Virus record (IMG/VR): IMGVR_UViG_3300042868_013265
Location: 62,001 to 84,420 of that record
Direction: 5' to 3' (one strand)
Length of the DNA stretch: 22,420 nucleotides
From: an uncultured virus (IMG/VR IMGVR_UViG_3300042868_013265)
Taxonomy: Duplodnaviria > Heunggongvirae > Uroviricota > Caudoviricetes
In this document: positions 16,741 through 22,420 of the stretch, piece after piece
Layout: each line of letters opens with the position of its first letter
Numbering within the stretch: the stretch's first letter is position 1
Translations under genes and position numbers: made by a program
The notes under the pieces: model-generated
Told to the model about the DNA's origin: nothing
Seen by the model: the letters and a program-made list of their open reading frames with translations, nothing else
Databases searched by the model: none

Positions 16741-16974
16741 TTATGAGGGTTTGTGCTCTAATATACCTTGCTCATTTATATCGACATCAACAAGCATTAT
16801 TACCAATCGTTTTGCAGGGTTTTCCGTGTCTTGAAATACTACGGGCCTGTTTTTGGAAAACAATAAACTGACTGACATATCCTTTGGATTGCTTATCGTG
16901 TCCGTCCAAGGGTTTGACATTACTTCGAAAAATTCTTCGTTACCAAGTGTGATTTTAAATGCGGTGTGTTTCAT
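16741..16974 (-). CDS. Hypothetical protein, 77 aa
   Basis: ATG ORF with A-rich leader; first gene of the leftward block. Confidence 0.65.
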   Translation of the reverse strand: MKHTAFKITLGNEEFFEVMSNPWTDTISNPKDMSVSLLFSKNRPVVFQDTENPAKRLVIMLVDVDINEQGILEHKPS

Positions 16975-17117
16975 ATTATGTATTTTTGCGTGTTATCCAT
17001 TGTGATTAAGGGGTGGCCTTCGCTCAATTTGGCTGCCCCTTTTCGATACAAAGATGTATTGAATTTCAAATCATCACCCGCACATTTTAGCCAACGCATA
17101 CTTTTCTTTGTAAATGT

Positions 17118-17125
17118 TATATTTG
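17118..17125 (+). promoter_or_regulatory. Bacteroidota -7 element (TATATTTG)
   Basis: Exact TAnnTTTG, 7 nt before the ATG at 17133; would give a near-leaderless transcript. Confidence 0.55.
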
Positions 17126-17132
17126 TAAGTAA

Positions 17133-17771
17133 ATGAAAGTGAATAAATTTACCCTCATTCTGATTTCTGCCTTTACGGTAGGGATTCTTTATGCTTTGGG
17201 GAAAAGCCCTAAAAAATTCAATCCGCTTGGTAAAAAGGCGGTTTTTGTAGGGGATTCACATACTGCAGGTTATGGATGGGGATGGCAAGACTCTCTTGCA
17301 AAAAAATATGGTTTTACCATTCAACAGAATCTTAGTAAAGGTGGTTTAAGAACTGACCAATTGTTGCCCATTTTAGAAAAGTATTTGAAGGAGACCAAAT
17401 CAACTCCTGATATTTTATTCATCTACGCAGGTGCTAATGACAATTTCAGTTTGGTTCAAAATCAGAAAGCAACTGAAAACATACAAAAAATGGTGGGTGC
17501 AGGACGTGATGCAGGCATTGACAATATTTATGTGATTTCAGGATACAGGTCGAGCAAAGTCATTTATGATTTGAAACGGTATGGGGATTACATCCAAAAG
17601 AGTGATGCGTTTAAAGAAGGTCTGAGTAAAAATATCAAAAAGGCTGTTGTAGTTCCAATTTGGGAAGAAGCAGATTTTAAAATGAGCACTGATTCCTTGC
17701 ATTTAATTCAATCGGCCCAAACCAAATTTGCAGATTACATTGGGACCCAAATTTTTAAAAATACAAAATGA
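17133..17771 (+). CDS. SGNH/GDSL hydrolase with N-terminal membrane anchor
   Basis: Blocks FVGDSHT, SKGG, IYAGAND and DSLH; N-terminal hydrophobic LILISAFTVGILYAL. Confidence 0.88.
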   Translation: MKVNKFTLILISAFTVGILYALGKSPKKFNPLGKKAVFVGDSHTAGYGWGWQDSLAKKYGFTIQQNLSKGGLRTDQLLPILEKYLKETKSTPDILFIYAGANDNFSLVQNQKATENIQKMVGAGRDAGIDNIYVISGYRSSKVIYDLKRYGDYIQKSDAFKEGLSKNIKKAVVVPIWEEADFKMSTDSLHLIQSAQTKFADYIGTQIFKNTK

Positions 17772-18463
17772 AATTGACCGAGACCCAAAAGAAAATTATT
17801 TTGATTGTAGCCGCTCTGTTTGGGGTGGTTATTGCCGTAAATCTCACAGCGGCTCCATCGAATAAAAAGGCAAAAAGCAAGTGGAGGTTTTCAAAGTATC
17901 CTTTGCTTTGGGATATAGTTTTACGTGGTGAAGCAAAAACGTGGAATGATTATAATTTTTACAATAGCAAAGGTTTAAACTCACGTGTCAATGCTAAAAA
18001 CACACAACCTTTCACAGATAAATTATTGACGCAAATGACAATTGGAAAGGTTATTCAATATCAGTCTATGTCAAGGTCAGGAATAGGTCAATTATGGGCA
18101 ACAGGACACTTTCAAATTATACCAACAACCCTTAAAGGTTATTATGGTAAGGCGGGTTTAAATTTAGATTCCATTTATAACGAGGCCAATCAGACTAAAA
18201 TTGCAGATGCATTGATTGATGCAGAATCCACATTGCCAAAATATTTGAATGGAAAAATTGCTGATACGGATGCTAATTTGAAAAAAGCCGCGGTTGATAT
18301 AGCGACGGTATGGTCAAGTTTAGGTGTGCCTTATGGACTGACAAACTATAAAGGGGTTTATCGTCCATATAATGCCTCGTATTATGCGGGAGATAAAGCA
18401 AGCGTAGATACTGAGTTGGTTCAAAAAGTTTTACGCGAACAGAGAAAAGCGATAGTAAAATAA
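17768..18463 (+). CDS. Lysozyme-fold muramidase/lytic transglycosylase with N-terminal membrane anchor
   Basis: LRGE (candidate catalytic Glu)...YN...LTQMTIGKVIQYQ...ATGHFQIIPTTL...NQ...WSSL; N-terminal IILIVAALFGVVIAV. Confidence 0.8.
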   Translation: MKLTETQKKIILIVAALFGVVIAVNLTAAPSNKKAKSKWRFSKYPLLWDIVLRGEAKTWNDYNFYNSKGLNSRVNAKNTQPFTDKLLTQMTIGKVIQYQSMSRSGIGQLWATGHFQIIPTTLKGYYGKAGLNLDSIYNEANQTKIADALIDAESTLPKYLNGKIADTDANLKKAAVDIATVWSSLGVPYGLTNYKGVYRPYNASYYAGDKASVDTELVQKVLREQRKAIVK

Positions 18464-18512
18464 AATTACGTTCTCGGTGGCGGTTCCGAAGGATGGGTTT
18501 AGTATATAAGAA

Positions 18513-18539
18513 GGGCAACATTAATTTGTTGCCCATTTT
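18513..18539. terminator. Terminator hairpin between convergent genes
   Basis: GGGCAACA-ttaatt-TGTTGCCC followed by ATTTT. Confidence 0.65.
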
Positions 18540-18540
18540 G

Positions 18541-18801
18541 TTAATCGAAATCAGTCATAATAAATATTGGATAATCAATATCATCCCTTAAAGAGCCCAA
18601 TACGTTGAAATCAAAGTGTTCAACAGCCTCCTCTTCGGTCATACCATCATCTTCAATTAATACTTTAATTGCTAAGTAGTAATCATAAATCAAACGATAA
18701 TTTTTTACGTCAACTCCAATGACAGCCTTGTCAAAACCATCGGCCTTGAGGAATTCCACATCGGGATACATCTCAAGAATTTGTTCTAATTTGTTTTCCA
18801 T
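18541..18801 (-). CDS. Acidic hypothetical phage protein, 86 aa
   Basis: ADGFDKAVIGV...YD...DGMTEEEAVEHFDFNVLG, a pattern I recall from many aquatic phage hypotheticals. Confidence 0.8.
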   Translation of the reverse strand: MENKLEQILEMYPDVEFLKADGFDKAVIGVDVKNYRLIYDYYLAIKVLIEDDGMTEEEAVEHFDFNVLGSLRDDIDYPIFIMTDFD

Positions 18802-18853
18802 ACAGCGTAATTTTGATGTAAATTAAATGAAAATAAATGATTAATTCATTAAT

Positions 18854-18861
18854 TATATTTG
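18854..18861 (+). promoter_or_regulatory. Bacteroidota -7 element (TATATTTG)
   Basis: Exact TAnnTTTG, 4 nt before the ATG at 18866; same octamer as 17118. Confidence 0.5.
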
Positions 18862-18865
18862 TATT

Positions 18866-19378
18866 ATGAACAAAAAACAAATCATACTCTTGGCAGCAAC
18901 TGCTACAGGATTGTACTTGGTACTAAGAGGATTGAAAAAAAATACACCAAAAGGCGCGGGTGAAGAATTCAAAAATGCAGTAGGCGATATGCTTAATAAT
19001 GCAAAATCTTTCGGTCAGAGAGCAAATGCTACGCGATGTGAAACCAATCTTGAGCGTTTAGGCCGATTATTTCCCAATACAGACCAATACAATGAACAAG
19101 TAGGTTTGGCATATCAGAGACAGGGTTCTAATTTTACGAATTGGGCACAATCGGATGCGAAGCCTTGTTTTGTAGTTGGTGCAGACCAAGGTGGACTGCA
19201 AAGCGGTTTAAAGGGAGTTGCTCCTAAATCACCGTTATTTGGAAATGCAGGTAAATTACAAAAATTTAAAAAATCATCGTACAATAATTACATCGGTTCC
19301 GATGGTCAGGGGGTATATTTCAATGCAAATGGACCAATGTCATTAGAAAATCTTGTGCGTTCATATAAAAGACCATAA
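18866..19378 (+). CDS. Hypothetical protein with N-terminal membrane anchor, 170 aa
   Basis: MNKKQIILLAATATGLYLVLRGLKK followed by a G/N-rich soluble region. Confidence 0.8.
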   Translation: MNKKQIILLAATATGLYLVLRGLKKNTPKGAGEEFKNAVGDMLNNAKSFGQRANATRCETNLERLGRLFPNTDQYNEQVGLAYQRQGSNFTNWAQSDAKPCFVVGADQGGLQSGLKGVAPKSPLFGNAGKLQKFKKSSYNNYIGSDGQGVYFNANGPMSLENLVRSYKRP

Positions 19379-19380
19379 TT

Positions 19381-19596
19381 ATGAGTTTCGACAATTTAAA
19401 AAAGAACACAACAGCAATAGTTGCAATAATTATTCTAACACTGAGTTATGCTATTTTGTTTAGCATAATTTTTTGGGATTTCCCAACAGACCAAAAAGAT
19501 ATTTACTTCACCATTGCAGGTGGGGTAACTTCAATTGTTACTATGGTGGTTTCCTTTTACTTTGGAGCCTCTAAAAATCAAAACGAAGAAAATTAA
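19381..19596 (+). CDS. Holin-like two-TM protein
   Basis: Two hydrophobic segments ending VVSFYFGAS; lies directly before the endolysin candidate. Confidence 0.7.
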   Translation: MSFDNLKKNTTAIVAIIILTLSYAILFSIIFWDFPTDQKDIYFTIAGGVTSIVTMVVSFYFGASKNQNEEN

Positions 19597-19609
19597 ATCA
19601 TAATATATT

Positions 19610-20191
19610 ATGGTATTTAGTAAAGAAAAAATAGAAAAAACTTTAAAAAGTAAAGATTACGTTTTTTTTGAAAACGGAGAGTTAAATATCAATATCGTCG
19701 GTATTAGAAATTCGGCAACGGGTAAAAGAGTCACCAATTTATTTGATGATTGGATGACCATTTCATATCAAGAAAATGGAGAATGGAAATATTTTGAATG
19801 GCCTTGTACTGTAGACAATGGCGATGGTAGTGCGCGTCTCGTAGAGGGACAATATCGTGGTTGCTTTACAATCGGTCTACATCAGGGTAAATACACGGCA
19901 TTAAAGCAATGTAAACCTTTAAAAGTCTATCGTGATTGGAATTTGAAAGACGGTACGTATGACGAGAGTAAAATTTACAACGATGTTGCAGGATTAAATA
20001 TCCATAAGGCAGGTTTAAACAGTCAGCAAGTCAACAATTGGAGTGAAGGTTGCCAAGTTTTCAAAATGTCACCCGATTTTGATGCGTTTATGAAAATTGT
20101 GTTACAATCTTCCTCAATACACGGGAAAATTTTTACTTACACCCTTATCAATAGCAATGATATTGCAACTGCAAACCCTCCAATAGTTTAA
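19610..20191 (+). CDS. Putative endolysin with an L,D-transpeptidase (YkuD)-like catalytic motif
   Basis: NIHKAGLNSQQVNNWSEGCQV fits H-x(n)-S-x-G-C. No signal peptide; sits between the holin-like and spanin-like genes. Confidence 0.65.
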   Translation: MVFSKEKIEKTLKSKDYVFFENGELNINIVGIRNSATGKRVTNLFDDWMTISYQENGEWKYFEWPCTVDNGDGSARLVEGQYRGCFTIGLHQGKYTALKQCKPLKVYRDWNLKDGTYDESKIYNDVAGLNIHKAGLNSQQVNNWSEGCQVFKMSPDFDAFMKIVLQSSSIHGKIFTYTLINSNDIATANPPIV

Positions 20192-20194
20192 ATT

Positions 20195-20479
20195 ATGACA
20201 GCGGCAAAAAAAGTAAGTGCTAACACCTTGCCTGTTAGTTTTGACCAATTTAGAAAAAATCCTGTGGCTGCGGTAGCATTTTGTATGCTTGCGGCAGTGG
20301 GTTATCTTTATTATGATTTGAGAGATGGTTATAAAGACCAAATTGACTCTTCAAACAAGAAAATTGATAATTTGGATGTAAAAATTGACAAATTAGGAAA
20401 CGCATTAAAGAAATCTGATTCTGCATTAAGTGCAGCAATCACGGAATTAAGAATTATTAATACAATGAAAAAATTATGA
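20195..20479 (+). CDS. Single-TM plus coiled-coil protein (lysis accessory, i-spanin-like)
   Basis: PVAAVAFCMLAAVGYLYY followed by heptads. Confidence 0.7.
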   Translation: MTAAKKVSANTLPVSFDQFRKNPVAAVAFCMLAAVGYLYYDLRDGYKDQIDSSNKKIDNLDVKIDKLGNALKKSDSALSAAITELRIINTMKKL

Positions 20480-20886
20480 AAAAACCATTATTGATTTTTG
20501 CAATATTATTCATATTGTTGGAAATAGTTACACCTTTAGGGGCCATCAATCAGCCTAATGTTGATGATATTGAGTTGATGCTTAAAAAAATTGAAAACAA
20601 TTTAAAAAGTGCGTCTCAAGTCACTTCTTTGGCTAAAGCAAATGGTGAAAAATTGGTTGAGAGTAAAGTCCAAGAAAAAAATGAATTGAAACAAAGTGTT
20701 CAGGCATTATCTGAGAAAGTAGAAATATTTGCGGTCAAAATGACTGAGGCGGGTATTGATACTTCTGTAAATACCGATAAATCCGATGATTTTCATTATG
20801 AAGGGCCATTATATGAGGAATGGCTTGAATATCAGAAGAATGGTGGTGAATCAGATTTTGAATACTACAGATTATACAAGAAATGA
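20476..20886 (+). CDS. Signal/TM-anchored coiled-coil protein
   Basis: MKKPLLIFAILFILLEIV followed by long heptads; ATGA overlaps on both sides. Confidence 0.7.
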   Translation: MKKPLLIFAILFILLEIVTPLGAINQPNVDDIELMLKKIENNLKSASQVTSLAKANGEKLVESKVQEKNELKQSVQALSEKVEIFAVKMTEAGIDTSVNTDKSDDFHYEGPLYEEWLEYQKNGGESDFEYYRLYKK

Positions 20887-21302
20887 GATTTATTAAAGCA
20901 ATCTTTATCGTATTAGTGTTAACGGGTTGCTCCGCTAAATGGCATTTAAATCAAGCAATCAAAAAGAATCCCGCTATGGCGCAAATTAGCGTTTACGGGA
21001 TTGATACTATTTTTGTTAGAGACAGTGTTGTAATGACGGATACTTTTACAACGAAAGAAGTTGATACTTTAACTTTGACCAAAGATGGAGTTACAACCAT
21101 TATTTATCGAGACCACGATGTTATTCGTGTTAAAACCATTGTAAAGGCTGATACCATTCGTTATACCAAGACTATTACTCTTCCTCCACAAATAAAATTC
21201 GTAGAGAGAAAAAAAGGAATGGAAAAGTATGCTCCTTACTTGGGCATTTTACTGCTCATTCTTTTGATGATATCAATATTAAAAAATTCAAGGAGAGGTT
21301 AA
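20883..21302 (+). CDS. u-spanin-like lipoprotein
   Basis: Lipobox VLTG-C16, beta-rich DT repeats (DTIFV, DSVV, DTLTL, DTIRY) and C-terminal TM YLGILLLILLMISIL. Confidence 0.75.
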   Translation: MRFIKAIFIVLVLTGCSAKWHLNQAIKKNPAMAQISVYGIDTIFVRDSVVMTDTFTTKEVDTLTLTKDGVTTIIYRDHDVIRVKTIVKADTIRYTKTITLPPQIKFVERKKGMEKYAPYLGILLLILLMISILKNSRRG

Positions 21303-21304
21303 AT

Positions 21305-21490
21305 ATGGCTTTGATAAAAGGAAAAGATTATTTTGTCATTGGAAATTTGGGCAAGTTTCAAAGGGAACCTGTTAGACAATGGATGAAAGAAAATAACAAA
21401 GTCAGCCCTGTAGTTGCTGAGGAGGCTATTTCCGCAAATGATTACAGGACGTGGATAAAGACTCAAATATGGCCAATTGGACCAAAGTAA
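21305..21490 (+). CDS. Hypothetical protein, 61 aa
   Basis: ATG 2 nt after the previous stop. Confidence 0.65.
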   Translation: MALIKGKDYFVIGNLGKFQREPVRQWMKENNKVSPVVAEEAISANDYRTWIKTQIWPIGPK

Positions 21491-21536
21491 ACCTATAGGT
21501 TAATAATTTTTGTTCGTTTGCAACTCAAAGGTTTAT

Positions 21537-21544
21537 TAAATTTG
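21537..21544 (+). promoter_or_regulatory. Bacteroidota -7 element (TAAATTTG) upstream of the tRNA
   Basis: Exact TAnnTTTG ending 5 nt before tRNA position 1. Confidence 0.55.
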
Positions 21545-21549
21545 CAGAT

Positions 21550-21621
21550 AGCGGGGAAGTGTAGTGGTTGCATTCTTGGCTCATAACCAAGAGGAAGTAG
21601 GTTCGATTCCTACCCCCGCTC
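21550..21621 (+). tRNA. tRNA with CAT anticodon (Met-like; atypical; CCA not encoded)
   Basis: Acceptor AGCGGGG/CCCCGCT, D arm GTGT-AGTGGTT-GCAT, anticodon arm CTTGG-CTCATAA-CCAAG and T arm GTAGG-TTCGATT-CCTAC. Confidence 0.9.
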
Positions 21622-21634
21622 CTAAATTACAAAT

Positions 21635-22276
21635 ATGGAACTTGAAAAATATGTGTATCCCGAAAATCACGGTGAATTGGCAGAATCTTTTTATGATGAA
21701 ATTTATCACGGACACGAGTACGACAGGTACTTCAAAATAAATAAATACGACACGATTATTGATTGCGGAGCGTTCATAGGAATGTTTACCAATTATGCTA
21801 TCACGCAAGGCGCGATGCGTATTATCACCGTTGAATGTGAAACCCCATATTACAATTGCTTAATTAAAAACGTCAGCAACATCAGAGTTGAAACTCTTTT
21901 TGCAAAAGTGTCTCAAGAAAATATACCAAGTGATAATCCCAAGGTTCCACCTTCAATTACAATTGAAGAAATTATGAATCAAAAGAACTTACCTAAAGTC
22001 GATATGGTAAAAATGGATATTGAGGGTGCAGAATGGGGTGTTTTAATTAATATGGACGATGATGTTATGAAGAGGGTGGATAAGTGGGCTATTGAAGTTC
22101 ATTTGGATTGGAGTCAAAACGATACAGTTTGGGCAGGTCACGGTAGAGACTTTGATGGGCACCTTTTAAGCAAACTTGTATTCGTGATGGAAAAGTTCTC
22201 TAAGAATGGCTTTAAAGTCAATTACGAGCAGATACACAAAGATTGCAGGCTTGCAATGTTGTATGCGTACAAATAG
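21635..22276 (+). CDS. FkbM-family SAM-dependent methyltransferase
   Basis: TIIDCGAFIGMFT, ITVE, VDMVKMDIEGAE and AIEVH motifs. Confidence 0.9.
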   Translation: MELEKYVYPENHGELAESFYDEIYHGHEYDRYFKINKYDTIIDCGAFIGMFTNYAITQGAMRIITVECETPYYNCLIKNVSNIRVETLFAKVSQENIPSDNPKVPPSITIEEIMNQKNLPKVDMVKMDIEGAEWGVLINMDDDVMKRVDKWAIEVHLDWSQNDTVWAGHGRDFDGHLLSKLVFVMEKFSKNGFKVNYEQIHKDCRLAMLYAYK

Positions 22277-22301
22277 GGTTAGTATTTGTTTCGCGAAAAT
22301 G

Positions 22302-22324
22302 GAGCCCTGAGGGGCTCTTTTTTT
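22302..22324 (+). terminator. Intrinsic terminator
   Basis: GAGCCC-tgag-GGGCTC followed by T7. Confidence 0.85.
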
Positions 22325-22326
22325 GT

Positions 22327-22419
22327 TTAAGGGGTACTTGTACCCCATTTACCCCTTTTCCTTTCCCTGAGAGCCTCCTTTACCCTGTTACCGTTTACTG
22401 TTACCGTAACACTCTTCGG
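22327..22419 (-). CDS. 3' end of a leftward gene entering from beyond the window
   Basis: Open frame PKSVTVTVNGNRVKEALRERKRGKWGTSTP* stops next to the terminator. Confidence 0.4.
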   Translation of the reverse strand, partial: PKSVTVTVNGNRVKEALRERKRGKWGTSTP

Positions 22420-22420
22420 T

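Noticed and set aside
11573..16871. Plus-strand ORFs (11573, 12301, 12539, 13128, 14192, 15156, 15541, 15757, 15797, 16193, 16622, 16662) and nested minus ORFs 12646 and 15819
   Set aside because: They overlap better-supported leftward genes that tile the region with coupled starts and stops, and they show no motifs.
6796..22348. Minus-strand ORFs 6796, 7136, 18273, 20114, 20250, 21581 and 22166
   Set aside because: Antisense to motif-bearing genes or the tRNA.
1..22420. Stop-codon reassignment, diversity-generating retroelement, integrase/att site or IS element
   Set aside because: Genes tile densely under the standard code with TAA, TGA and TAG all used as stops. No reverse transcriptase, TR/VR pair, integrase or transposase motifs were seen.

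Overview
A segment of an AT-rich dsDNA bacteriophage genome, most likely infecting a Bacteroidota host (TAnnTTTG-type promoters, no Shine-Dalgarno motifs, ATGA/TAATG-coupled genes). (1) 1-9067 (+): structural block. It opens with the 3' part of a giant gene that the ORF track mis-called. The real frame is +2 (<2..5977, >=1991 aa): about 608 in-register, proline-free Gly-X-Y triplets (X,Y mostly Ser/Thr/Ala/Asn) ending in a peptidase-S74 intramolecular chaperone. Next come a probable fibre-tip protein, an APS-kinase-like P-loop enzyme and several small membrane proteins. (2) 9184-16974 (-): RecT, a methyltransferase-glycosyltransferase fusion, a Cas4/AddB-like nuclease, a small P-loop kinase, hypotheticals, and a 243-aa protein with only the family-B DNA polymerase palm motifs, preceded by a highly charged 347-aa neighbour. 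(3) 17133-22276 (mostly +): membrane-anchored SGNH hydrolase and lysozyme, a lysis cassette (holin-like, YkuD-like endolysin, u-spanin-like lipoprotein), an atypical CAT-anticodon tRNA and an FkbM methyltransferase. By eye I found no GATC, AGCT, CATG, CTAG, CCGG or CCAG/CTGG anywhere in the window. Best candidate new systems: a very long, possibly glycosylated/sulfated Ser/Thr collagen-like fibre with phage-encoded modifying enzymes, and a minimal palm-only PolB module. All functional calls come from motif recognition; no database searches were run.
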